Shown: piece by piece, positions 9,434 to 18,807 of the stretch
How positions within the stretch are numbered: position 1 is the stretch's first letter
How the letters are laid out: every line of letters begins with the position of its first letter
Source of the DNA: Rhodospirillales bacterium
Lineage (GTDB): Bacteria > Pseudomonadota > Alphaproteobacteria > UBA828
Direction of reading: 5' to 3'
DNA length: 64,000 nt
Assembly: GCA_028818855.1 (NCBI GenBank)
Contig: JAPPMY010000192.1
Span: 31,119 to 95,118 of the forward strand
Notes under the pieces: model-generated
Told to the model about the DNA's origin: nothing
Database searches by the model: none
What the model saw: the letters and a program-made list of their open reading frames with translations, nothing else
Made by a program: the position numbers and the translations under genes

Positions 9434-10183
9434 ATGGACGCCATCCTCGAGGTCCGCAACCTGAGCAAGCGCTTCGGCGGCGTCGAAGCCGTGCGCGACG
9501 TGAGCTTCGACGTGCCGCGCGGCGGCCTCGTCGGCCTGATCGGGCCGAACGGCGCCGGCAAGACCACCTTCGTCAACCTCGTCACCAAGCACGAGACGCC
9601 CGACGCAGGCACGGTGGCGCTCGATTCGAAGCCGATCCACCGTCTGCCGTCCTACAAGGTCGCGCGCAGCGGCCTCAGCCGCACCTATCAGAAGAACCGC
9701 CTCTTCACCGAGGAATCGGTGGAGGAGAACATCAGGACGGCGATGATCTGGGGCGGGCGCCACGGTGGCCGCGACCTCGGCTACCCCGGCTGCGCCGGCG
9801 ACGAGGACGCCCGCACCGACGCGCTGCTCGCGTTCTTCGCGCTGGATTCCGTGCGCGCCAACCTGCCGACGGACCTCAGCCACCTGATGCGCCGCCGCGC
9901 GGAGATCGCCCAGGCGCTGGCGCTCGGCCCCAAGGTCCTCCTGCTCGACGAGCCCTTCGCCGGCTTCAGCCGCGAAGAGTCCTTCGACCTGATCGAGCAC
10001 CTGCGCGAATGCCAGCGGGGCGGCCTCACCATGCTGCTCATCGACCACAACATGGAAGTGGTCATGGACGTCTGCGAATACCTGTTCGTCATGCACCACG
10101 GCGCGCTGCTGGTCTCCGGCACGCCCGACGAGATCCGCGCGAACGAGCAGGTGGTCAGCATCTACCTCGGCGGCGAGCACTGA
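9434..10183 (+). CDS. livG: ABC transporter ATP-binding protein (LivG-like)
   Basis: Walker A GPNGAGKTT, a degenerate signature region and Walker B LLLDEPFAG. Confidence 0.85.
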   Translation: MDAILEVRNLSKRFGGVEAVRDVSFDVPRGGLVGLIGPNGAGKTTFVNLVTKHETPDAGTVALDSKPIHRLPSYKVARSGLSRTYQKNRLFTEESVEENIRTAMIWGGRHGGRDLGYPGCAGDEDARTDALLAFFALDSVRANLPTDLSHLMRRRAEIAQALALGPKVLLLDEPFAGFSREESFDLIEHLRECQRGGLTMLLIDHNMEVVMDVCEYLFVMHHGALLVSGTPDEIRANEQVVSIYLGGEH

Positions 10184-10184
10184 G

Positions 10185-10892
10185 ATGCTGGAGATCGACG
10201 ACCTGACGCTGGCCTACGGCGTGAACCGCGTGGTGCGCGGCGTCAGCATGTCGGTCGGCGAAGGGGAGGTCTGCGCGCTGCTGGGCCCCAACGGCGCGGG
10301 CAAGACCTCGATCCTGCGTGCGATCAGCGGGCTCATGCAGCCCGTCGGCGGGCAGATCACCTTCGAGGGGACGTCGCTCCTCAGGCGCGCGCCCGACAGG
10401 ATCGTGCTGGACGGAATCGCGCACGTGCCCGAAGGGCGGCGGATCTTCCCGGAGATGAGCGTGCTCGACAATCTGCTGGTGGGCGCGACTGTCCACATCC
10501 GCGAGCGGCAGAAGACGCGCGAGCTGATCGAGCGGAACTACGCGATGTTCCCCATCCTCGAGGAGCGCGCCCGGCAGGCGGGCGGCACGCTCTCCGGCGG
10601 CGAGCAGCAGCAGCTCACCATCGCGCGCGGCCTGATGGCGCAGCCCCGGCTGCTCATGGTGGACGAGCCCACGCTGGGGCTCGCGCCCGCCATCATCAAC
10701 ACGCTGGTCGATACCTTCCGCGCGCTCAAGGCGCTCGGGCTCACCATCATCGTCGCCGAGCAGAACGCCGACTTCGCGCTGCGGGTCGCCGACAACGGCG
10801 TCGTCCTCTCCGGCGGGGAGGTCAGCTTCCGCGGTACAGTCGACGCGCTCGGCGATTCGGAGCGGCTGCGCCGCGCCTATCTCGGCGCCTGA
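10185..10892 (+). CDS. livF: ABC transporter ATP-binding protein (LivF-like)
   Basis: Walker A GPNGAGKTS, signature LSGGEQQQL and Walker B LLMVDEPTLGL. Confidence 0.85.
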   Translation: MLEIDDLTLAYGVNRVVRGVSMSVGEGEVCALLGPNGAGKTSILRAISGLMQPVGGQITFEGTSLLRRAPDRIVLDGIAHVPEGRRIFPEMSVLDNLLVGATVHIRERQKTRELIERNYAMFPILEERARQAGGTLSGGEQQQLTIARGLMAQPRLLMVDEPTLGLAPAIINTLVDTFRALKALGLTIIVAEQNADFALRVADNGVVLSGGEVSFRGTVDALGDSERLRRAYLGA

Positions 10893-10927
10893 GCGCCGCC
10901 CGCGTCTCAAGGCAGGAGGGTCGTGTC

Positions 10928-11701
10928 ATGGGCTTCGTGAAAACGCCCGAAGAGGTGAAGCGCATCGAGGCGGTGATGAAGCGGCCGCGCTTCGTCGGCG
11001 CCGAGATGCTGATGCTCGAGTTCCTGACGCGGCCGGAGACCGTCGCCGACGTCCTGCCACCCGGGCTGGAGCCCGTGGCCGAGCCGCTGGTGATCGCCAT
11101 GGTGGGGCGCTGGCGCTCCAACTGCGTGGCCGACTTCGCCGGCGGCGCGCTCTACGTGATGGCCCGGCACGGGGACATCGAGGCGCCCTACGTGCTCTCG
11201 ATGTTCATGGACCAGGATCACGCGATCATCTTCGGGCGCGACCTCTTCGGCGAGCCGAAGAAGCAGGCCACCACGCGCCTGCAGCGGCGCGACGACGTCA
11301 TGCACGGCCACGTGGAGCGCCTCGGCACGCGGGTGATCGAGATCGAGGCGACGCTGCCGACCAGCCGCGGGCCAAGCCGGGAGACGGGCGCCAACTTCAA
11401 CATCAAGGCGCTGCCGTCGTGCACCGGCGCGGGGCTCGAGGACGATCCCGTGCTCACCCTCGCCGAGTTCGACAACCACTTATCGCTGCGGCGGGAGGGA
11501 ACGGGCACGCTCGCGCTCCGCTCCACCGCGCACGACCCGCTGGGCGACATCGAGGTCTGCGAGGTGCGCGGCGCCTCCTACATCGAGGGCGACCTGCTCT
11601 CCACCTGCCGCCCGCTTGCGCGGCTTCCGGCCGATGAGTTCGTGCCCTATCTCTACGGTCGCCTCGACGACTGGTCGCTGCTGGACACCGAGAACGGATA
11701 G
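10928..11701 (+). CDS. acetoacetate decarboxylase (ADC) family protein, paralog 1
   Basis: ATG preceded by GGAGGG. The size (257 aa) and the segments LPPGLEPV…, FGRDLFGEPKK and …NIKALP… resemble the ADC family (PF06314-like). Assignment is by recollection, not by search. Confidence 0.7.
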   Translation: MGFVKTPEEVKRIEAVMKRPRFVGAEMLMLEFLTRPETVADVLPPGLEPVAEPLVIAMVGRWRSNCVADFAGGALYVMARHGDIEAPYVLSMFMDQDHAIIFGRDLFGEPKKQATTRLQRRDDVMHGHVERLGTRVIEIEATLPTSRGPSRETGANFNIKALPSCTGAGLEDDPVLTLAEFDNHLSLRREGTGTLALRSTAHDPLGDIEVCEVRGASYIEGDLLSTCRPLARLPADEFVPYLYGRLDDWSLLDTENG

Positions 11702-11725
11702 GCACGCCTGCGAGGAAACCACGTC

Positions 11726-12514
11726 ATGGACATCGAGAGCTTCAAGCGCCACTTCAGCATGCCGCTGGGCGGCCCGATGTACGCCGCCCCGCCCTATCCC
11801 TTCCGCGGCGTGCAGGACCTGATGATCCGCTACGAGGGCGACAGCGACGCGGTCAGCGAGCTGCTGCCGCCCCACCTGGAGCCCGCCGACGATCCCGTCA
11901 TCTGCACCTCCTGGGCGCGCTGGGTCCCGTTCTCGGCCTTCGGCCCCTATCACGAGGCCTTCGTCATGGTGGACGTGATGCTGGGGGGCACGCGCTACAT
12001 GTATCAGCCGGCGATCCTGGTGGATAACGACATCCCGCTCGGCGCCGGCCGCGAGATCTGGGGCTATGCCAAGAAGATCGCCGTGATCGAGCACAACTGG
12101 GGCGCCGACGCGATGCCCTACATGGAGCAGCTCCTGCTCACGGTGGAGCGGCCGCGCGGGCAGCGCCTGATGACCGCCTCCATGGTGTGCGACCGCAAGG
12201 CATCGCCCGACGAGCTTGCCGAATCGCCGGTGCTCTCCTACCGCCACATCCCGAGCGCGGAGACTGCGGAAAGGCCGAGCGTCTCGGAGCTGGTGCGCCT
12301 CGACGTCACCGGCGCGCTGCGCAAGAGCGCGGACGGCAGCCCCGAGCTCTACGCCGGCCGCGCGGCGCTCACGCTCGCCAGCACCGCCGCCGACTCGTGG
12401 CACCAGCTCGCGCCCGTGCGCATCCTCGGCGGCTTCTTCGCCGTCGTCGACTTCGACCTCGACTTCGGCCGCGTGGTGCACGACTACCTGAAGGACCCGG
12501 CGGTCTGGGGCTAA
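11726..12514 (+). CDS. acetoacetate decarboxylase (ADC) family protein, paralog 2
   Basis: ATG preceded by GAGGAA. The N-terminus PMYAAPPYPFRGVQDLMIRYEGD, then LLPPHLEP, and GAGREIWGYAKK with the family's Lys region. Confidence 0.7.
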   Translation: MDIESFKRHFSMPLGGPMYAAPPYPFRGVQDLMIRYEGDSDAVSELLPPHLEPADDPVICTSWARWVPFSAFGPYHEAFVMVDVMLGGTRYMYQPAILVDNDIPLGAGREIWGYAKKIAVIEHNWGADAMPYMEQLLLTVERPRGQRLMTASMVCDRKASPDELAESPVLSYRHIPSAETAERPSVSELVRLDVTGALRKSADGSPELYAGRAALTLASTAADSWHQLAPVRILGGFFAVVDFDLDFGRVVHDYLKDPAVWG

Positions 12515-13059
12515 CCCTCCGGCTCGATCGGGCACCGCGTCTCTTCGAGCTGGAGCATCGCCAGCATCCGGCCGAAGCCGATGTACTGACCGATCATCAT
12601 CATCAGCTCCAGCGTCTCCGCCTGCGAGAAGTGCCGCCGCAGCTCTTCCATCGCCGCGTCGTCGAAGGCGTGGTGATCGAGCGCCATCTGCTCGGCGAGG
12701 GCGAGCGCCGCCCGCTCGCGCGCCGAGAACGCGGCCCCGGCGGGGTCGTCGACGCCTTGCGCGGCCTCCCGCTCGCTCACGTCGCCGGGCGCGAGGCGCG
12801 CCGCCTTGCAGGTCCTGCAACCGTTGAGGGTCGCGATGCGGAGCCGCACCAGCTCCTTGACGCGGCTCTCGAGAACGCTCGCCGGATCGCTCGCGTGGAA
12901 CGGGTAGTAGAAGGCGAGGTAGCGCTCGAGGATGTCCGGATGCGCCGCGAAGGCCCGGGCGCAGTGGCGCGTGGACCAGTCGCCATCGCCAGCACCGTCG
13001 TGCATGTCCTTGAGGAAGGGCGGCAGGTCTTGCGGGTCGGCGAGCGGCAGTCTGGACAT
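12511..13059 (-). CDS. carboxymuconolactone decarboxylase / AhpD-like family protein
   Basis: ATG at residue 7 of ORF 12511..13077, preceded by GGGGAG. RIATLNGCRTCKAARL carries the CxxC of AhpD/CMD-type proteins. Convergent 4-nt overlap with ADC paralog 2. Confidence 0.7.
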   Translation of the reverse strand: MSRLPLADPQDLPPFLKDMHDGAGDGDWSTRHCARAFAAHPDILERYLAFYYPFHASDPASVLESRVKELVRLRIATLNGCRTCKAARLAPGDVSEREAAQGVDDPAGAAFSARERAALALAEQMALDHHAFDDAAMEELRRHFSQAETLELMMMIGQYIGFGRMLAMLQLEETRCPIEPEG

Positions 13060-13228
13060 GGGCTGTGATCTCCCCAAGGGCAGGTGTCTCCCGGGACACG
13101 TACCGTCAATCGAGGCTGGAGCTTAGCAGAGGACGCGGAGGGATCGCTGAGGCTCGCGCCCATCTCGCGAGTGCCGGGGCGTGCGCGATGGGCTACCATG
13201 ATGCTCCGGATTCCCAGGAGGACGCGCC

Positions 13229-15316
13229 GTGCCCGCCGAGTTCGTTGCCACCGCCTGCCCCCACGACTGCCCGTCCACCTGCGCGCTCGAGGTCGAGCGG
13301 CTCGCGCCGGACCGGATCGGCGCCGTCAGGGGCTCACGGGAGAACGACTACACCTCGGGCGTGATCTGCGCCAAGGTCGCGCGCTATGCCGAACGCGTCC
13401 ACCATCCGGGGCGTCTCGCGCAGCCGCTGCAGCGCACCGGCGAGAAGGGCGCGGGCGAGTTCCGCCCCATCGGCTGGGACGACGCGCTGGACCTGATCGC
13501 CGACGCTTTCGTCCGCGCGGCGGAGAGGCACGGCCGAGAGGCGGTCTGGCCCTACTACTACGCCGGCACCATGGGCCTGGTGCAGCGCGACGGCATCAAC
13601 CGCCTGCGCCACGTGATGAAGTATTCGGGGCAGGACGAGACCATTTGCTCGCGCCTTTCCAGCGACGGCTGGTGGGCCGGGGTCGGCACGTACGTGGGCT
13701 CCGACCCGCGCGAGATGGCGAAGGCGGACCTGATCGTCGTCTGGGGCTGCAATCCGGCGTCCACCCAGGTCAACGTGATGACCCACATCGCCAAGGCGCG
13801 AAAGACGCGGGATGCGGCGCTCGTGGTGGTCGACCCCTACGAGACGCGCACCGCCAGGGTCGCCGATCATCACGTGGCGCTCCGCCCCGGCACGGACGGC
13901 GCGCTCGCCTGCGGCATCATGCACGTGCTCTTCGCAGAGGATTTCGCGGACCGCGACTACCTCGCCCGCTACACCGATCATCCCGAGGCGTTCGAGGCCC
14001 ACCTCGCGAGCCGGACGCCCGAGTGGGCGTCGGCCATCACCGGGATCCCCGCCGCCGAGATCACCGCGCTCGCCCGCATGATCGGCCGCGTCAAGCGCAC
14101 CTACATCCGCCTCGGCTACGGCTTCACACGCTCGCGCAACGGCGCCGCCAACATGCACGCCGCCACCTGCATCGCCGCCGTCACCGGCGCCTGGCAGTAC
14201 GAGGGCGGCGGCGCCATGCACACCAACAAGAGCGTCTACGGCGTCGACGCCACCCTGATCGAGGGGCTGGACGCCCGCGACCGCTCGGTGCGGACGCTCG
14301 ACATGTCGCGCATCGGCCCGGTGCTGACCGGCGATCCCGGCGACCTCGGCGACGGGCCCCCGGTCACCGCCATCGTCATGCAGAACGTCAATCCCGCCGC
14401 CGTGGCGCCGGAATCGGCCAGGGTGCGCGAGGGTCTCGTGCGGGACGACCTCTTCCTCGCCGTGCACGAGCAGTTCATGACCGACACGGCGCGCTATGCT
14501 GACATCGTGCTGCCGGCCACGACCTTCCTGGAGCACGACGACATCTACGTGGGCGGCGGCCACAGCTACCTGCTCATGGGCGCGCAGGTGATCGAGCCCT
14601 ACGCCGAGACCCGTTCCAACCACGACGTCATCCGCGCGCTCGCCGGGCGGCTCGGCGCCGAGCATCCGGGCTTCGACATGACCGCGTGGGAGCTGATCGA
14701 CGCGACGCTCAAGCGCTCCGGCCACCCCGACGCCGCGACGCTCAAGGCCATGCGCTGGAAGGACTGCATGCCGGACTTCGAGTCCGCCCACCACTTGGCC
14801 GGCTTCGGCTGGCCGGACGGGCGCTTTCGCTTCAAGCCGGACTGGGCGCGGATGGGGCCACGCGGGGCGGAGATGCCGGCCTTCCCCGACCACATGGCTG
14901 CGATCGACGCGGCGGATGCCGAGCATCCCTTCCGCCTCGTCACCGCGCCCGCGCACAACTACCTCAACTCCAGCTTCACCGAGACGCCGACCAGCCAGGC
15001 GAAGGAGACGCGCCCCTCCGCCCTCTTCCACCCCGGCGACGCCCGCGACCTCGGCTTCGCCGACGGCGACCGCGTGCGCATCGGCAACCGGCTGGGCTCC
15101 GTCCTGCTCCACGCCCGCGTCGCGAACGGCGGCGCCCGGTCCAACGGCACCAGCAACGGCCAGCAGCGCGGCACGGTGATCGTCGAGAGCATCTGGCCCA
15201 ACACCGCCTTCGAGGAAGGGCTCGGCATCAACACGTTGACGTCCGCCGAGCCCGGCTACCCCAACGGCGGCGCGGTCTTCCACGACACCGCCATCTGGGC
15301 CCGGCCCGCGAACTGA
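13229..15316 (+). CDS. molybdopterin (bis-MGD) oxidoreductase, 695 aa
   Basis: N-terminal 4Fe-4S Mo/W-bisPGD motif ACPHDCPSTCALEV. The length and the C-terminal molydop_binding-like barrel (…RIGNRLGSVLLHARV…) fit this family. Confidence 0.85.
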   Translation: MPAEFVATACPHDCPSTCALEVERLAPDRIGAVRGSRENDYTSGVICAKVARYAERVHHPGRLAQPLQRTGEKGAGEFRPIGWDDALDLIADAFVRAAERHGREAVWPYYYAGTMGLVQRDGINRLRHVMKYSGQDETICSRLSSDGWWAGVGTYVGSDPREMAKADLIVVWGCNPASTQVNVMTHIAKARKTRDAALVVVDPYETRTARVADHHVALRPGTDGALACGIMHVLFAEDFADRDYLARYTDHPEAFEAHLASRTPEWASAITGIPAAEITALARMIGRVKRTYIRLGYGFTRSRNGAANMHAATCIAAVTGAWQYEGGGAMHTNKSVYGVDATLIEGLDARDRSVRTLDMSRIGPVLTGDPGDLGDGPPVTAIVMQNVNPAAVAPESARVREGLVRDDLFLAVHEQFMTDTARYADIVLPATTFLEHDDIYVGGGHSYLLMGAQVIEPYAETRSNHDVIRALAGRLGAEHPGFDMTAWELIDATLKRSGHPDAATLKAMRWKDCMPDFESAHHLAGFGWPDGRFRFKPDWARMGPRGAEMPAFPDHMAAIDAADAEHPFRLVTAPAHNYLNSSFTETPTSQAKETRPSALFHPGDARDLGFADGDRVRIGNRLGSVLLHARVANGGARSNGTSNGQQRGTVIVESIWPNTAFEEGLGINTLTSAEPGYPNGGAVFHDTAIWARPAN

Positions 15317-15382
15317 AGCGCAGGCGCGGATCGCGTTGCGCCTGCTCGACCGCACGACGCCAACCCCGATTCGGTCATTTTG

Positions 15383-15505
15383 CGGGATATTCCGGGATAA
15401 GCCGGGATATAGCGAGACAAAGCGAGACAAAGTGGGATATGGGGCGAGATAAAGTGGGATATTTGGTGGGATAAACCGAGACGAAGCGAGATATCGCGCG
15501 ATTTC
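15383..15505. repeat. Degenerate ~10-bp phased repeat array (GGGATA / GCGAGA(C/T)AA units)
   Basis: The sequence reads cgggatatt ccgggataag ccgggatat agcgagacaa agcgagacaa agtgggatat ggggcgagataa agtgggatat ttggtgggataa accgagacga agcgagatat. It is locally AT-richer than its surroundings. Confidence 0.6.
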
Positions 15506-15682
15506 GTAGTGGGGTCCGGCACCCCGACGAGACGCAAGCCGGCGCGACCGAGGCGGCCCTCCTCGATGACGCCGGCAGGCTCCTCTCGCCCCCGCGAACT
15601 GCGACGGGTTCGCTCACCTGCTGCATGGCGCAATGCTGCCTGACGACGCACGCGCCGTCCACCGCACCATGGTCCGGGTCGC

Positions 15683-15785
15683 GCACGCCCGAAGGGTCGT
15701 GCGCGCAACACATAGAGTCGGCACGCCCGAAGGGTCGTGCGCGCAACACACAGAGTCACGTACGCCCGAAGGGTCGTGCGCGCGG
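15683..15785. repeat. Tandem repeat of ~39 bp, about 2.6 copies, each with an imperfect GAAG-loop hairpin
   Basis: GCACGCCCGAAGGGTCGTGCGCGCAACACA(T/C)AGAGTC occurs at 15683, 15721 and partially at 15760. The CACGCCC-GAAG-GGTCGTG stem has one mismatch. Confidence 0.7.
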
Positions 15786-15988
15786 AATACGGGGTCGCGC
15801 GGATCTGAGTCGCTCCCGCCCGAACGGCCGCGTGCGCCTCATCGAGCGCCTCATCATATGCCTGGACAGCACAATAGTTTGGAACTACACTAAGGTGCGT
15901 TCACACGCCCCCTCCTCCCTGAACCGAGGCTCACCCTCCCACCCGGCAGACGCGCAGCCGTGGTCGAGACCGACGATAGGACGGACAT

Positions 15989-17062
15989 ATGATGCGAACG
16001 ATTACCATGCGCACCATGACAATCCGCGCCGTGGCACTCGCCGCGACGCTCGCCCTGCTCTGCGGCGCGCTCGTGGCGCCGAGCGCGCTCTCGGCCGAGG
16101 ACGGCAAGACCGTCAACATCTACTCCGCCCGCAAGGAAGCGCTGATCCTGCCCATCCTGGAGCGCTTCCGCGACGAGACCGGGATCGAGTTCCACCTGGT
16201 GACCGGCAAGGCCGACGCCCTGCTCAAGCGGCTCGAGCTGGAGGGCGAGGCCTCGCCGGCGGACGTCTTCGTCACGGTGGACGCGGGCAGGCTGCACCGC
16301 GCCAAGGAGGCCGGAGTCCTGCAGCAGATCGCGAGCGAGACCGTCGACGCCGCCGTGCCTGCGCACCTGCGCGATACGGACGGCTACTGGGCCGCGCTCT
16401 CCAAGCGGGCGCGCACCATCATGTACGCGCGCGACCGGGTCGACGCGTCCGCGCTCTCCACTTACGAGGGACTGACGGACGAGGCCTGGCAGGGGCGCAT
16501 CTGCATCCGCTCCTCCGGCAACATCTACAACCAGTCCCTGGTCGCCTCGATGATCGAGGCCAACGGCGCCGAACAGACGCAGGCCTGGGCCGAAGGGATG
16601 GTCGCCAACTTCGCACGCGACCCTGCCGGCGGCGACACCGACCAGCTCCGCGCGGCCGCGGCGGGCGAATGCGACCTCGCGGTTGCCAACACCTATTACT
16701 TCGGCCGCCTCGCGGCGAGCGACAAGGAAGAGGACCGGGCCGTCGCCGCCGCGCTCAGTGTGTTCTGGCCCAACCAGGGCGAGGGCGCGCGCGGCACCCA
16801 CGTGAACGTGAGCGGCGTCGGCATCACGGCCCATGCCCAGAACCGCGACAGCGCGCTTCGCCTGATCGAGTTCCTGGTCTCGCCCGAGGCGCAGACCTGG
16901 TACGCGGAGGTCAACCACGAGTACCCGGTCGTCCCCGGCGTGCCGGTCTCCGAGACGCTCGCCTCCTTCGGCGCCTTCGACGAGGACTCGCTCAACCTGA
17001 CGGTGCTCGGCGTGAACAACCGCCAGGCCGTCGAGCTGATGGACCGCGCCGGCTGGCGCTGA
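15989..17062 (+). CDS. Fe(3+)-type ABC transporter periplasmic substrate-binding protein (FbpA/AfuA-like)
   Basis: Signal peptide, then KTVNIYSARKEALILPILERFRDETGIEFHLVTGKADALLKRLELEGEASPADVFVTVDAG, typical of ferric-iron binding proteins. It is followed by a two-domain permease and an ATPase. A thiamine-type specificity cannot be excluded from sequence alone. Confidence 0.8.
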   Translation: MMRTITMRTMTIRAVALAATLALLCGALVAPSALSAEDGKTVNIYSARKEALILPILERFRDETGIEFHLVTGKADALLKRLELEGEASPADVFVTVDAGRLHRAKEAGVLQQIASETVDAAVPAHLRDTDGYWAALSKRARTIMYARDRVDASALSTYEGLTDEAWQGRICIRSSGNIYNQSLVASMIEANGAEQTQAWAEGMVANFARDPAGGDTDQLRAAAAGECDLAVANTYYFGRLAASDKEEDRAVAAALSVFWPNQGEGARGTHVNVSGVGITAHAQNRDSALRLIEFLVSPEAQTWYAEVNHEYPVVPGVPVSETLASFGAFDEDSLNLTVLGVNNRQAVELMDRAGWR

Positions 17063-17138
17063 GCCCATAACCCCCCGCTCCCGCGGCCTTGCGGGGGCGG
17101 GGCGGGTCCGGCGATAAGACTGGCCTGCACGCCTCGGC

Positions 17139-18803
17139 ATGGTCAGGCCAGCGATGATCGCCTCGTCACCCCTGTCGGCCTCGCGAATCGTGGCGGCGTC
17201 CGCGCCGCTTCTCGCCTTCGTCGTGGCCTTGCCGGTGCTCATCATCGTGGCCTCGGTGTTCGGGAGCGGCAGCGGGGCCACGTGGGGGCACCTGTGGAAC
17301 ACGGTCCTCGCCGACTACGTCGTCAACTCCCTCGTCCTCATGCTGGGCGTGGGCACGCTGACCCTGATCCTGGGCGTGCCCGCCGCCTGGTTCACGGCGG
17401 TCTGCGCGTTTCCGGGGCGCAGGCTCTTCATCTGGCTGCTGCCGCTGCCGCTCGCCTTCCCGGCCTACATCATCGCCTACACCTACACGGGGCTGCTCGA
17501 CTATCCGGGCCCGGTCCAGACCTTCATCCGCGACGTCGCCGGCTGGGGGCGCGGGGACTACTGGTTTCCGCCGATCCGCTCCCTCGGCGGCGCCATCGTC
17601 ATGCTGGGGCTGGTCCTCTACCCCTACGTGTTCCTGCTGGCGCGCGCGGCCTTTCTGGAGCGCTCCGCCGCCACGCTCGAAGTGAGCCGGACGCTCGGCT
17701 ACAGCGTGCGCCGGAGCTTTTTCCGCCTCGCCATCCCGCTGGCGCGCCCGGCCATCGCCACCGGCGTCTCGCTGGCGCTGATGGAGACGCTCGCCGACTA
17801 CGGCACGGTCCAGTACTTCGGCGTCAGCACGTTCACCACCGGGATCTTCCGCACCTTCTACGGCTTCGACGACATCACCGCGGCCTCGCAGCTCTCGGCG
17901 GCGCTGCTGTTCTTCGTCGTCCTGCTCATCTTCATGGAGCGCTACTCGCGCCGCAGGGCCCGCTACGACACGGGCAGCGCCGCCCGCCACGAGCACCGCA
18001 TCCGGCTGAGCGGCGGGCAGGCCGCCTGGGCCTGGGTCTCGTGCCTGCTCCCGGTGGTGCTCGGGTTCGCCCTGCCGGGCGCGGTCCTTCTCAAGTGGAC
18101 GCTCTTCGATGCGGCCTGGGACGGCGGCTCCTTCCTCGCGCTCATCTGGAACTCCTTCTACCTGGCGGCGCTTGCCGCGCTCATCGCCGTCGCCTGCGCC
18201 CTGGTGCTCGGCTACGCGCGGCGCAACCGCAACACGAGGCTGGTGCGCGCGTCCGTCGGCGTCTCCGGCCTCGGCTACGCCATACCCGGCGCCATCGTCG
18301 CCATCGGCGTCATCGTGCCGCTCGCGTGGGTCGACCATCGCCTGATCGACCTCGCGAAGTCCCTGACCGGAGCGCAGATCGGGCTCGTGCTCTCGGGCAG
18401 CATCGTCGCCCTCCTCTTCGCCTACACGGTGAGGTTCCTGGCGATCTCGCTCGGCGCCGTGCAGAGCGGATTGGACAAGATCAAGCCGAGCATTGATCAT
18501 GCGACGCGTTCGCTCGGCCGGCGGCCGATCCGGGTGCTGGCCGAGATCCACGTTCCCCTGATGCGGAGCACGGTGTTGACGGCGTTGCTGATCGTGTTCG
18601 TCGACGTCATGAAGGAGCTGCCGGCGACGCTCATCCTCCGGCCGTTCGACTTCAACACGCTTGCGGTGCGCGCCTACGAGCTCGCCTCCGACGAGCGGCT
18701 GGCGGATGCGGCGGCGCCATCGATCATGATCGTGCTGGTCGGCGTCGTTCCGGTGATCCTGCTGAGCCGCACGATCTCGCGCGGCCACGCGGGCCAGGCA
18801 TAG
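17139..18803 (+). CDS. iron(III)-type ABC transporter permease, duplicated (two-domain) MalFG-type
   Basis: 554-aa polytopic protein with two BPD_transp_1 repeats. The EAA-like loops are RTLGYSVRRSFFRLAIPLARPAI and RSLGRRPIRVLAEIHVPLMRS. Confidence 0.85.
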   Translation: MVRPAMIASSPLSASRIVAASAPLLAFVVALPVLIIVASVFGSGSGATWGHLWNTVLADYVVNSLVLMLGVGTLTLILGVPAAWFTAVCAFPGRRLFIWLLPLPLAFPAYIIAYTYTGLLDYPGPVQTFIRDVAGWGRGDYWFPPIRSLGGAIVMLGLVLYPYVFLLARAAFLERSAATLEVSRTLGYSVRRSFFRLAIPLARPAIATGVSLALMETLADYGTVQYFGVSTFTTGIFRTFYGFDDITAASQLSAALLFFVVLLIFMERYSRRRARYDTGSAARHEHRIRLSGGQAAWAWVSCLLPVVLGFALPGAVLLKWTLFDAAWDGGSFLALIWNSFYLAALAALIAVACALVLGYARRNRNTRLVRASVGVSGLGYAIPGAIVAIGVIVPLAWVDHRLIDLAKSLTGAQIGLVLSGSIVALLFAYTVRFLAISLGAVQSGLDKIKPSIDHATRSLGRRPIRVLAEIHVPLMRSTVLTALLIVFVDVMKELPATLILRPFDFNTLAVRAYELASDERLADAAAPSIMIVLVGVVPVILLSRTISRGHAGQA

Positions 18804-18807
18804 GCCG

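Noticed and set aside
15383-15790. Possible CRISPR array, given the clustered short repeats.
   Set aside because: The units are 9-12 bp or 39 bp, directly abutting with no unique spacers of regular length. The repeats are degenerate, and no cas genes are in the window.
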